From NCBI GenBank assembly GCA_965153355.1, contig OZ231126.1:25916001-25980000 (forward strand): a stretch of 64,000 nucleotides of DNA. Direction: 5' to 3'. This DNA comes from Flaccisagitta enflata (taxonomy: Eukaryota). The translations under genes and the position numbers were made by a program. The notes below the pieces were generated by a model. That model saw nothing but the letters and a program-made list of their open reading frames with translations, was not told the DNA's origin and did not search any database. Of the stretch, positions 45,232 through 57,614 are shown one piece after another (within the stretch, counting starts at the first letter, position 1; each line of letters opens with the position of its first letter).

Positions 45232-47571
45232 ATGGAAGATGACCATTCAATAAGATTCGATCCAAAAGACAAGGGACAAACTGAATCTCCAGACGACACA
45301 AAAACACATAAATGTAATGTCTGTCTTTTTTCATTTTCTCAAAAAAACCAACTCAAATCACACATCAGGACTCACTTGAAAATGCAAACCTCGGAAAAAA
45401 TATTCCAATGTGAATTATGTCCTGCTACTTTTTCCCAACGGTCACATCTGACAACACATATCAGAACTCACACTGGAGAAACACCTTTCAAATGCGAACA
45501 ATGTCCGTCCTCTTTCTCGCAAAAAGTTCATTTTACCACGCACATCAGAACTCACACCAAAGAAAAACCTTTCAAGTGTGAGTTATGTCCTTCTGCCTTC
45601 TCACAACGAGCCCATTTGAAAAACCATGCAAAGGTTCATGCTGGAGGAAAGGCATACAAATGTAAATTGTGCCCATCTTCATTTTCTCAAAGGAGTCATT
45701 TAACAATGCATATAAGAACTCATACTGGAGGAAAACCATACAAATGTAAATTTTGTCCATCTGCTTTCTCTGATCGCAGTGCTTTGGCAAACCATGTCAA
45801 AACACACAATAGGGAAAAACCATTCAAATGTGATTTTTGTCCATCTGCTTTCTCTCAAAAGGCTTATTTGCAATCTCATGTGAGAAGACATACTGGAGAA
45901 AAACCGTACAAGTGTGATTTATGTCCATACGCTTGTACTCAAAGTAGCAGCTTAACAATGCATATCAGAACTCACACAGGGGAGAAACCGTTCAGATGTG
46001 ATATTTGTTCGTATACATGCTCTGGAAGTAGTGCGTTAAGACAGCATGTCAGAAATCACACTGGGGTAAGATCTTTCAATTGCACAAAATGTTCATCCTC
46101 TTTCTCTAGTAGCAGCGCTTTTAGGAGGCACAAAATGACTCACTCCGGAAAAAAGGCAAACATATCAAAAAACTGCTCATCCTACCTCTATGAAAGTGAT
46201 GATTTCACGCAATCTGAAAGAACTGGTGAAGAGGAGCCATTCAAATGTGAGTTATGCCTACTTTCTTTTTCTCAACAACATCTTTTGCACAAACATAGCA
46301 AGATTCACACCGGAGAAAAATCTTACAAATGTGATTCATGCCCATTTACCACATCCAACAGCAGAAATCTGAGAATCCATGGAAGAACTCACATTGCAGA
46401 AAATCGAAAAGAAAAACTGTACAATTGCGATACTTGTTCATATGCTTCTTTTGACAGTGCTTCTTTAAGAAAACATATCAGAACACACACTGGGGAAAAA
46501 CCATTCAAATGTCAACATTGTCCATCAGCTTTCTCTCAAAGAAGTTATTTGAGAAGGCATGCGAGAACGCATACTGGAGAAAAACCATACAAGTGTGACA
46601 TATGTCCATATGCCTCTGCAGGTGGAAGTTCTTTGATTGCCCATGTTAGAACACACACTGGGGAAAAACCTTTCAAATGTGAATTTTGTCCATCTGCTTT
46701 TTCTCAAAAGATTCATTTGAAAACGCATGTGAGGATACATACCGGAGAAAAACCATATAAGTGTGATGAATGTCCATATGCTTCTTCTGAAAGTGGCGCT
46801 TTAAGGAGACATGTTAGAAGTCACACCAAACAAAAGTCAAATAAATCTGACACAAAAGAAACGCCAAACATGTGTGAGATACGTCCCTCTATGATTTCTC
46901 AATCAACTTGCTTGGAAAAACCTGCCAGATTTTCAACTGAGCAAATGCCATACATATGTGAATTCTGTCCATTTGCTACTTCTACTCACTGGAGATTGAC
47001 AGTACATGTCAGAACTCACACTGGTGAAAAACCATACAAATGCGGAACCTGCCCAGCCTCCTTTTCTTCGAGTAGTGCATTAAGAGTACACCTAAAAAGT
47101 CACACAAACGAAAAGCCATACAAATGTGAGTTCTGTCCATATGCCTTTTCTGTAAAGGGAAATCTAACAGCCCATGTCAGAACTCACACCGGGGAAAAAC
47201 CTTATAAGTGTGATGTGTGTCCATCTTCTTTCCGTGCTCGTGGTTCCTTAACAATTCATAAGAGAACTCATTCGGGGGAAAGACCATTTAAGTGTGAATC
47301 GTGTCCTTCTGTTTTTCCTCGTCGTTCTCAGTTAACGCTCCATTCCAGAACACACACCGGGGGAAAACCTTACAAATGCAATTCTTGTCCGTCTTCCTTT
47401 TCTCGCAGCAGTGCCTTGAAGAGGCACAAAAAAGTACACACTAAAGAGAAGCCATTTAAATGTGAATCTTGTCCATCGACCTTCTCTCGTACCTGTGATT
47501 TAACAAAACATGTCAAAATTCATAGTGAGGAAAAACATATCAATGCGGATGTACTACCCAATGCCCCATAG
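45232..47571 (+). CDS. Tandem C2H2 (Kruppel-type) zinc-finger protein, 779 aa, 24 intact fingers plus 2 degenerate ones
   Basis: Uninterrupted ORF with repeated CxxC-x12-HxxxH motifs and TGEKP(F/Y) linkers. Only ~27 aa precede the first finger and no KRAB/ZAD/BTB domain is visible, so upstream exons are possible. Confidence 0.95.
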   Translation: MEDDHSIRFDPKDKGQTESPDDTKTHKCNVCLFSFSQKNQLKSHIRTHLKMQTSEKIFQCELCPATFSQRSHLTTHIRTHTGETPFKCEQCPSSFSQKVHFTTHIRTHTKEKPFKCELCPSAFSQRAHLKNHAKVHAGGKAYKCKLCPSSFSQRSHLTMHIRTHTGGKPYKCKFCPSAFSDRSALANHVKTHNREKPFKCDFCPSAFSQKAYLQSHVRRHTGEKPYKCDLCPYACTQSSSLTMHIRTHTGEKPFRCDICSYTCSGSSALRQHVRNHTGVRSFNCTKCSSSFSSSSAFRRHKMTHSGKKANISKNCSSYLYESDDFTQSERTGEEEPFKCELCLLSFSQQHLLHKHSKIHTGEKSYKCDSCPFTTSNSRNLRIHGRTHIAENRKEKLYNCDTCSYASFDSASLRKHIRTHTGEKPFKCQHCPSAFSQRSYLRRHARTHTGEKPYKCDICPYASAGGSSLIAHVRTHTGEKPFKCEFCPSAFSQKIHLKTHVRIHTGEKPYKCDECPYASSESGALRRHVRSHTKQKSNKSDTKETPNMCEIRPSMISQSTCLEKPARFSTEQMPYICEFCPFATSTHWRLTVHVRTHTGEKPYKCGTCPASFSSSSALRVHLKSHTNEKPYKCEFCPYAFSVKGNLTAHVRTHTGEKPYKCDVCPSSFRARGSLTIHKRTHSGERPFKCESCPSVFPRRSQLTLHSRTHTGGKPYKCNSCPSSFSRSSALKRHKKVHTKEKPFKCESCPSTFSRTCDLTKHVKIHSEEKHINADVLPNAP

Positions 47572-48120
47572 TGAAGTAATACATATCAATTAACAGAAAA
47601 TCTAATACAAAGCTAGTTTTACTGTACATTGAATCTTTGTTAATCTAGAGACTTCTTTAATGTCAAACTATGTCTAAAGATAGTAGTTGAAGCATTCTTG
47701 AAATAGCTTCAAGAGGTTCATGGTTTGACCTTGAAATTTGATTTAAATCAAGAAAAAGTTGATACCGAGAAATTGAGTTGTGTATCGAATTTTCTCTCGC
47801 CACTGTTACTAGCCTGGAATGAATCTCGTATCCAATCTCTTAAACTGCTCATTAGAAAACACATAAATATCTCATACATCTCGAGGCAAAAAACACACAA
47901 TTGCAAAAATGCTCTCTTGCGAAAGCCCTCTCTCTGTACAAGTGTTTTGTCAATATACCAAGATTCACACAAAATAAGAGCCATCCAAATGCAAAATAGA
48001 TGTTTATGCATTTTCCTTCAAAGCGCTCAATCAGCAACTCGAGTCTGGCTCATAATGGAGTAATTGACTTTTTTATTTCAGGCAGATTTCTTCTATTACC
48101 TATGTTTAGAGTAAATACCT

Positions 48121-48859
48121 TTCTTAATAGTGCACGCGACTCAATAAACCGCTTTTTCCGTCAAACATTTTTTTTCCTTTTTGGGCAGCGGCCTCAAAGG
48201 GCTGATGTCCTGTAGGACACAGGGGTGAATTTCCTTACGTACGTCCGTCCGTCCGTACGTACGTACGTACGTACGTACGTACGTCCCCCCAAGTTTCTCA
48301 ATTCTCAAAATACCATTGAATAACATGGGAAAATGACAAAATGCAAACTTCCCATTGAATAACATGGGAAAATGACAACTTGCAAACTTCCCATTGAATC
48401 ACATGGAAAATTTACAAAAAATAGAAGAATGCATATTTCCTATTTAATAACATGGAAAATTACAAAAAAAATGAAAAAAATGCAAAATTGCAATTGAATA
48501 ACATAGGAAATAGACAAGAAATTGTAGAAAATATACAACTCCCATTTGATATCATGGAAATTGTTCCAAAGGCCTGAAATATGCCTACTCAGGACGTGAG
48601 GAAATTCACCCCTGTGTCCTACAGGACATCGGCCCTTTGGGGCCGCTGCCCTGCTCTCACTCTACTTCTTCAGCTGATCACTCCAAGCAGGGCATCGGGT
48701 ACCGCTGACCATGTGCAATCCTTGGATGACTTGTTTTACTTTCTAAGCGTATACAGACGATCATTGCATTAGTGCTCCTGCCCAAATGCCCAAATCCTTT
48801 TTCACCACAGTCCCTGCCCCCCCCCTGCACGCGACTTGGGTGGCCGTGTATCCGGCCTT
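48121..48859 (+). mobile_element. Family A element split by a family B insertion
   Basis: 5' GTGCACGCGACT near 48130 and 3' GCACGCGACTTGGGTGGCCGTGTATCCGGCCTT near 48826-48859. Confidence 0.65.
48178..48737 (+). mobile_element. Family B element with (ACGT)n and ~39-bp internal repeats
   Basis: ~50-bp subterminal inverted repeats; tail GGGCATCGGGTACCGCTGACCATGTGC. Confidence 0.85.
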
Positions 48860-49785
48860 AGATAAATATGAATTATGTTTTAGCAATGTTTTAAGTTCAA
48901 ATTGATACAAGAAGGCAGCTCCGGAAAACAGACATCGTAAAGTCTTATTTACTGAATAAAGGAAACTAGAAAAAAAGTTAGTTCTAGGAATTGCTAGTTG
49001 AGAGTAATAAACTGCTGTAAAGTTGTATATTATCTGCAACATCTGGGTCAAAAAATGAAGAGAAAACCTAAGGTTGGGAAAAGTTTTCCCTCGTTCGTGA
49101 GTTATGCCTGGCAGTGTCAGGGCAAAAAAAAAAAAAAAAGCTACGGAGAACGGAGGAAAGAAAAAAAAAAAGGTTTTGTCGGAGATGGAAACCCAGGTAA
49201 AAGAATCCAGGTCTCGAACACGAAACAGCACGTTGCAGCCCGATAGGTGGGAAAATCTTGACTTTCTTTAGAGGGATGAATGAATGAATGAATGAATGAA
49301 TGAATGAATGAATGAATGAATGAATGAATGAATGGGACGGATGAATGAAATGAGTGGATGGGTTGAACGGGAAAATCAATGGGCAAGATGAATGGTTACC
49401 CAGAGGTAAAGACGCAATGAATCTACGTTAAACATACGAAATAGCATTTCTGAAAGTGGAATCATTATTTTACTGCCGTAGTAAATACCGGTAACTGTTT
49501 TAATTCATTTCATAGGTTTAGAAATACGATATAGGCAAGTGGGTATTATTTTATACGAGTGTTCAACAAATAATAACGAAAGCTAGGAAAGAGGAAAAAT
49601 AACTCGAGAGAGGCTACCTCGATACCTCATTGATAGACTCATTGATAGTGCTGTTGTAAGTGAAATAATTTTTTTAACACATGATTAATGTTTAACACGT
49701 CTTTCTTTCTTTCTGTCTCTCTTTCTCTCTCTCTCTTTCTCTGTCTCTCTGTCTCTCTGTCTCTGTCTCCCTCTTTGTGTGTGCT

Positions 49786-49978
<193 letters not shown>

Positions 49979-50503
49979 CGATCCCGTTCTGGATCTGGAA
50001 TAGGCGAAAAGCGCAGAGGACAAAAATAAATTATTCATCATCCTCAAGGTCGGGACGCGACAGGGCGAATCGGGAGGGAGAAGGAAAGGAAGACAGACAG
50101 ACAGTCTGACTCTGATAGTTACACATACAAACAGAATAATAGATAGACAGATGGACAGACTCATACCGATATCCATGGAGTCGGACTGACTGACACACCA
50201 TCCGAAAGACAGATTTCCAGGAAAGCAGTTGCGCAGAAAGACGAACAGTCATAAACTGACAGACAAAAGAACTAACAGTCTGCCAGACAATTTCACAAAT
50301 GGACAGATGCATATATGCATATGCAGGTTGACAAATAATTTAGAGAGCAGAAGTTACCTCTTTCGTCATTGCTTATGATAAGCCTTTTCCCGTTAAAAAA
50401 AACTTTTTTCAAGTATCATACTCATCTAATTTTTGCTAAGATTAAACTTGGGTGGGTACGTTAGCTTACATTGCCATGCCTCTAATTCACGCGATTTCGT
50501 TCC

Positions 50504-51121
50504 TTTTTGGGCAGCGGCCCCAAAGGGCCGATGTCCTGTAGAACACAGGGGTGAATTTCCATACGTCCGTCCGTCCGTCCGTCCTTCCGTCCGTCCCCCC
50601 CTTCAGAGGCCTGAGGCCCTCATCCAGCCTTCTGGGGCCTGAAATCTGGTCTCTAGAGCTTAAAATCAGCCCTCTCAGGCCCCAAATCAGCTCTTGTACG
50701 CCCCAAATCAGTCCTCTCAGGCCCATAATCAGGCCTCTTAAGCCCATAATCTCGCCTCCCAGCCTGGGACCCAGGCATGAAACCAGCATTCCCAGGCATG
50801 AAACCAGCCATCCTTGACCAAAGTCTTAGACCTGAAATTGCCTCTCTCAGGCTTGAAATCAACCCTCTCGGACCTGAAATCAGCCCTCATCTGGTCATAA
50901 TCAGCCTTCACAGGGCTGAATTCAGCCTTGTTGGCCGGAATCAAACCTCTGGGATATGGCCCCTCACCTCTTCCCAGGACGTATGGAAATTCACCCCTGT
51001 GTTCTACAGGACATCGGTCCTTTGGGGCCGCTGCCCTGCTTTCACCTCGATTCTTCACCTAAACACTCCAAGCAGGGCAACGGGTACCGCTGACCATGTG
51101 CGATCCTTGGATGACATTTTT
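50504..51121 (+). mobile_element. Family B element
   Basis: ~55-bp subterminal inverted repeats, (GTCC)n, degenerate 21-bp repeats, conserved tail. Confidence 0.85.
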
Positions 51122-52965
51122 CCGTTGATTCCAATTTACTGCAATTCAGCATGAGCTTGCTCCATTCCCGTCGATGACAGCTAAGTGCTTACAGCCTCTA
51201 GTATACAAACGAACGTTATGTATAGTAAATAGAATGTTATGGCCGATGCTTACTTCCCGAATATCTTCCGCATTTTGTCTTGCTGTCTGTCAATTTTTTG
51301 TGTACCCTCTATTTAATTTTTTCCCCGCTCTTCAGTACCCGCCCATGAAAATGATACAAAAGTAAAATATATGAGAAGTAAGGGTGGTCAGACAGGCAAT
51401 ACAAACAAAGGTCTGATCAGGTTACACGACTAAGAAGGAGAGAAAAAGGGAAAGAAGGGGAAACATGAAAAAAGAATGATGAAAAAAAGAAAAACTGATT
51501 ATCTTCTCGCCGGTCGTCCTTCGGCCACGAAAGCATCAAAATTGCTGATTCCAGAACATGAAACCAGACTCCTCCAAGGGGAAAAAAGAGAAAAGGAGAA
51601 AGAAAAAAGAAATGGAAAAATAGAGAAAGGAAAAACTGGAAAAAGAAAGAGAGAGTAGAAATGAATGAGGATGGGGAGCTACACTGTGTAGGTGAGCGAA
51701 AAGTCTAGAGTAATATTAAGAAAAAAAATATGTGTCTATCGGACGATTGCTATGACAATATATCAGAATTCGGAAATGGACGTCAACGAAAACAGAATTT
51801 AAGATGTGGGTGTCTTTGACTAACAAAAGTATGATTATGGTTTGTGCTATTTTTCTTTCTTTTATTGCTTGTTTTAAATCAAAACATTGGTGGCGTTTGC
51901 AATATCTAGCCGATGGGGACCTATATTGAGAGTCAATGTGTACACCAGACTAATTCGGCTTTATTGCAGATTCTTGATCCGAAAATGGCATGTTATGTTG
52001 CATTGGATTTTGATTGCTCTGAATCAATCTTGCAGAAAGATATTGTTATTGTTCAAATTAACGATTTATTTAGAGATCGAGTCTGCTACAGTCAGTTAAC
52101 GATATCATACATTTGATGTAAAACACTACTCGATTAAAAAAAAGCCACACCCTATTTTGAGTTGATGAAAAAGACAGAGAAATCTCATGAAAAAATTTTT
52201 CGTTGAAGTGGTTTTAATGATTTTAAGATTTTCTTTCATTCTAGACCAATCCTAGATCTCTATCTCAAACGGTTTAGGAGTTAGAGCTTGTCGAAGTTAT
52301 CTACTAATTTGTAAAATACTCATTTTCTGATGGGATTGCAAACTTATAATTACAATGTTCCAACTATTTCTTATGCCATTTCTAAACGAAGAAAGCTAGA
52401 ATTGCCAGATTGGAGCCAAATAAAAGATCTTTTCAAGAGCTTTCTAACGATCTAAGAAGTAACATTTTATGTAGTTATTTTGAAATTCAATATGTTAATT
52501 TGACTTTTAAAAGTGCGGCTTTTTTATTGAGTCGAGTAGTAGACATCCGAGGATAAACAGGGTATGCTTCGCCCAAGGGGGTGGCCCATGTTAAAAAGGC
52601 GAATAAAAGTGAATTTCCATTTGTCAGGGGCCAGGAGACAAGCATTAAGTTAGGAAAACCTGAACGGGGTTCAGTCAAGGAAAAAGTTAGGGGGTGAGAT
52701 TTTGGGATAGACTGGATTTTGAGCATGTAGTCAAGGAATTGAATCTTGGTACAGAAATGTAGGTTTTAACTCCCATGGTTAACAATAACCCACCTTTGAG
52801 CCATGTAAGAAATGGATTAACTGCTTCTAGATGTTTGGGTTTTGAGATATCAGTTCATGCAGCCGGATTTCATTGGGAATGTCACTATCTGCAATCACAA
52901 GCTGATAATCAATGATATCTAACCGAATTGTGAGTGAATCCAACGTGTACCACGCATTATCAAAT

Positions 52966-53057
<92 letters not shown>

Positions 53058-53286
53058 AAACAACAACAACAACAAAAGTCGCAAAAGCGTTAGATGGTCA
53101 GCAGTACCCGTTGCTCTAATGACTGTGTGAGTATATGTGGATGTGTGATGGTTATAGTTCGGCGATTTGGCTATTTTAAAACGGTTCAATTAGGTTCAAT
53201 TATTAAACAAGTATTCGCGAATGTAGGTTCGGTTCAATTACTACTAAAATCGATTTTCGGGTACGGTTTTTAACAATTACAATGTC

Positions 53287-53505
53287 TTTTTAGTCGCGTG
53301 CACGCGACTCTACAACCCGCTTTGTCCGTCGGTTGGTTGGTCGGTTGGTCGGTTGGTCGGTTGGTCGGTCGGTCGGTCACACTTTACTTTTTTTTATGAT
53401 TTTATTTATTTGACCTCACTGCTCCTGCCCAAATGGTCTGGTGACCTCAAATATGGCCCCTGCCCACCCGCACGCGACTTCGGTAGCCGTGTATCCGGCC
53501 TTGTT
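53287..53505 (+). mobile_element. Family A element
   Basis: Perfect AGTCGCGTGCACGCGACT palindrome, (GGTC/GGTT)n, complete 3' end. Confidence 0.9.
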
Positions 53506-53933
53506 GATAAACTCTTTCTCATACCAGATTAAAGGCGATCATTTAGAGTATCTTAAAATGAATCCCAAACAAGAAAATCAAATCTTGTTTTATAAAGAAT
53601 ACTAATGAAATTATAAAATATATATAATGAAAAAAAACTACTATAATCACACTCTTTTTCATATCTGCAATCTGTATCTATATATGATTGTGCTTTTATT
53701 TTTAACAATATATTTTTCTTTTTTATCTTTTTTGATTTTTCACTTTTCATTTTTTGAGAATGATTGAAATCAAAATAGGCAAAAAGTGGTTGGTTTTGTC
53801 TTTGACTTTTCACTTTGAAAAAAAAAAGATAAGTTTGGGTAAATGATCCTTAAATATCACATATGCAAAGTTACAATTATGATTATAATCATAATCATCC
53901 TTGTTAAGGTCATTGAAGCGCAGGGAGAGTGTG

Positions 53934-54939
53934 CATTACGTCCAGTGAAGCGCCCCAAACTTCGACTATGGCTCTCACCAATCCTACGACAGTTGAGGCT
54001 TGATAAAAAAATGTTCCATGCAAAATTTTGGGCCTCTGAGATAGCAGGAACCTTCGTTAGGGTGAGCTTGAAGTTTGTATTGAATTAGCATTGGAATCAA
54101 TATTTCTTTTATGCAAATTATGTCTCTGCCAAAGATTTCTATGTAAACTTCATGGTCACTAGCTTGTACTGAAATGACAATAAACAATAAAATCAGAACT
54201 CCACAAGTAGTTCTTATTGCGGGGCTGTCTTGGGCTTCCAATGACATCACTTTTGGTCTGAAAAAATTGCATCTTGCTGTCCGCGCCTTACCTTGAATTT
54301 TCCTTCAGCCAATGGGAAACCAAAAATTTCAAAGTGCTTAAATCTCTGTTTTGACTGCAGATTTGAAATCTGCAGAAAAAACTGTTAATTGAAAGTGCTT
54401 TCCTTTTTTCAATATTTCAACTAGAAGGTGCTCAAAATAAGTGTCAAAGTTTGCAAAACTTACCTTTCTCTTTTATTTATATGTAAAATCGCCGAACTTA
54501 CTTTTTTTTATATCTTTAAGATGAATTTTGACTATGATCCCAAAGGAATATTGAAAAAAGGAAAGCACTTTCAATTAACAGTTTTTTCTGCAGATTTCAA
54601 ATCTGCAGTCAAGACAGAGATTTAAGCACTTTGAAATTTTTGGTTTCCCATAGGCTGAAGGAAAATTCAAGGTAAGGCGCGGACAGCAAGATGCAAATTT
54701 TTCAGACCAAAATTGATGCCATTAGAAGCCCAAGACAGCCCCACAACAAGAACTACTTGTAGAATTCTGATTTTATTGCTTTTAGTCATTTAGGTACAAG
54801 CTAATGGTCACCCTAACAAAGGTTCCCGCAATTCCAGAGGCCTGAAATTTTGCATGGGATATTTTTTTGCCAAGCCTCAACTATGGTAAGATTGGTGAGA
54901 GTCAGTGTCAAAGTTTGGGGCGCTTCATTTGACGTAGTG
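53934..54939. mobile_element. 1-kb CACTA-like foldback element
   Basis: CATTACGTC / GACGTAGTG termini (reverse complement CACTACGTC), 2-bp TG flanks, arms of ~400-480 bp around a ~130-bp spacer. Confidence 0.8.
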
Positions 54940-54984
54940 TGCATAGATTGAGAGAGACATGACAGTAGAGGAAGAAGAAATCAG

Positions 54985-55060
<76 letters not shown>

Positions 55061-55950
55061 GTGAAGAAGGGGGTTAGGAGATTAGAATTAGAGAAGAAAC
55101 CGAGCCACTCGATCGGTTTATTGTTGTTTTCCGATTTCCGGTCATTGATAAAATGGTAACCTAGTTTAGGTTATTATCGGGTACCCTCCGACCGTTAGTG
55201 ATGGTGAGAGGGGCAGCAGCCCCAAACCAGCCTATGACCTATGCTTAGAAAGATTTGAGGCTCGAGGCTTAAATTTGACCATTAATAATAGGATTTGAGC
55301 CTCGAGGCTGTGATTTGAGCCTTGAGGCTGTGATTTGAGCCTTGAGTCTGTGGTTTGAGCCTCGAGGCTGCGATTTGAGCCTTGAGACTAGGATTTGGAC
55401 CTCAAGATCGGCCTAGGATATTAGCTTCGAAGAAGGTGGACAGAGGAGAAGGAGAAGAAGGAGAAGAAGGAGAAATTTCCCTGTGCAAAAGCATAGGTCA
55501 TTGGCCCCTTCGGGGCTGCTGCCCAAAATCATTGTTAAAAACATTTTTAAAAACATTGTCAAAAATATTGTTAAAAACATTTTCTTTATTTTCTTTGATA
55601 TTATATGGAAAAAATACCTATGCCCAAGTGGATTCCTTCTTAAACTATCAAGCCTAACATGGCATGATGGGCCTTTGTCTAAAACGAGTTTAAAAAATCC
55701 GAAATTGTAGTGACTTGTATAAAAAGATATATTTGATAGCCGAGGATTGTTGTTGACCCTTGAAAAAAAATTTTTCTCTAGAATTTTTGTAAAAACACAC
55801 TAAAAAGTTTCTGTTTTTTACATATTTCACATAGATCTTCAGGATGTGTATGTGATTTATATTTCTGGTAATATTTCAAATCATTTGATAGGTCGCACTA
55901 TTTAGTTTTATGAAAACAATTCTTTCATATTCTAGGCCACCTCATCGGTG

Positions 55951-56457
55951 TTTTTTAGTCGCGTGCACGCGACTTTACACCTTGCTCTGTCAGTTGGTCC
56001 ATCGGTCGGTCCGTCGGTCCGTCGGTAATATTTCTAAATTTTGAATGTTTTTAACATTTTTTGATATCTTTTTACATTTTTTACCATCTTTTAACACTTT
56101 ACCTTTTTAACATTTTTTAACATGTTTTAGCATTCTTTTAACATTTTTTAACATTTTTTAACATTTTTTAACATTTTCTACCATTTTCTAACCTTTTTTC
56201 AACATGTTTAACATTTTGATATGTTTTTAGTCGCGGACAAGCGACTCTATAAGAGGCTTTGTCCGTCCGTCCCTTGGTCGGTTGGTTGGTCGGTCGGTCG
56301 GTTGGTCGGTCCGTGGTGATCGAGTTGGAAAGTGTGAAAATGCGCATTTGCGCCCCTGCCCACCCGTCCGCGACTGGTATTGGCCGTGTATCCGGCCTTG
56401 TTGCTCTTTTGTTTGTCATTTCCAGACGCACGCGACTGTTGCCCTCTTGGGCTTGTT
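55951..56457 (+). mobile_element. Family A element with TTTTAACA array, hosting nested copy 56224-56402
   Basis: Two 5' ends (55951, 56224) and two 3' ends (56402, 56457) in nested order. Confidence 0.8.
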
Positions 56458-57614
56458 GTGAATTGCGTTAAGCAATTCACTATAACTCCACAAAATGTTT
56501 TTCTTCTTTTTCCTTTTTTTTTTCTTTTTTTTCCTTTTTTTTTCCTTTTTTTTTCTTCCACTCTCTTTGAAAATAGGGTTTTGTTTTTCACTGTCTTTCC
56601 CTTGTCCTTCCCTTGTCTAACCCTATATGAAAACGGCTTCTGTTTCTTTGTCCTTCCCTTGTCTTTCCCCATATGAAAATGGCTTTTGTTTCTCTGTTCC
56701 CCTCTTGTCTTTCCCTATATGAATATGGGTAATGTTTTTCTATTCTTCCCTTGTCTTTCCCTATGTGAATATGGGTAATGTTTTTCCATTCTTCCCTTGT
56801 CTTTCCATATGTCAATATGGGTAATGTTTTTCTATTCTTCCCTTGTCTTTCCCTATGTGAATATGGGTAATGTTTTTCTATTCTTCCCTTGTCTTTCCCT
56901 ATATGAATATGGGTAATGTTTTTCTGTTCTTCCCTTGTCTTTCCCTATGTGAATATGGGTAATGTTTTTCTGTTCTTCCCTTGTCTTTTCCTATGTGAAT
57001 ATGCGTTATGTTTTTCAGTTCTTCCCTTGTCTTTCCCTACATCAATATGGATAATGTTTTTTAATTCTTCCCTTGAATATGGGTAATAATTTTCAGTTCT
57101 ACCCTTGTCTTTCCCTATATCAATATGGCTTTTGTTTCTCTGTTCTTCTCTTGTCTTTCCCTATGTGAATATGGGTAATGTTTTTCTGTTCTTCCCTTGT
57201 CTTTTCCTATGTGAATATGCGTTATGTTTTTCAGTTCTTTCCTTGACTTTCCCTTTGTAAATATGGTTAATGTTTTTCAGTTCTTCCCTTGTCTTTCCCT
57301 ATGACAACATGGGTAATGTTTTTCTGGTCTTCCCTTGTCTTTCCCTAATTGACTATGGGTGATGTTTTTCACTTCTTCCCTTGTCTTTCCTTACATATGT
57401 AGGGGTAATTTTTTCAACTCATTCCTTGTCTTTCCCTATATGAATATGGGTAATGTTTTCCAGTTCTTCCCTTGTCTTTCCCTACATCAATATGGCTTTT
57501 GTTTCCCTGTTCCTCCCTTGTCTTTCCCTATACAAATATGGGTAAGGTTTTTCAGTTCTTCCCTTGTCTTTCCCTATATGAATACGAGTAATGTTTTTCA
57601 GTTCTTCCCTTGTC

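Larger units (their letters stand above)
53153..55197. mobile_element. Old hAT-like element hosting two further insertions
   Basis: 8-bp TSD GTGATGGT (53145-53152, 55198-55205), TA...TA termini with a weak TIR (TATAGTTCGG vs TAACGGTCGG), CGGTT/AACCG subterminal motifs. Confidence 0.65.
53073..55528 (-). mobile_element. Family B element split in two by a 2-kb insertion
   Basis: Body at 55198-55528 and tail at 53073-53152 both match the reverse complement of 42395-43132; GTGATGGT is duplicated at the break. Confidence 0.75.

Noticed and set aside
51790-52490. Weak inverted similarity around 52150
   Set aside because: Too diverged to support by eye.
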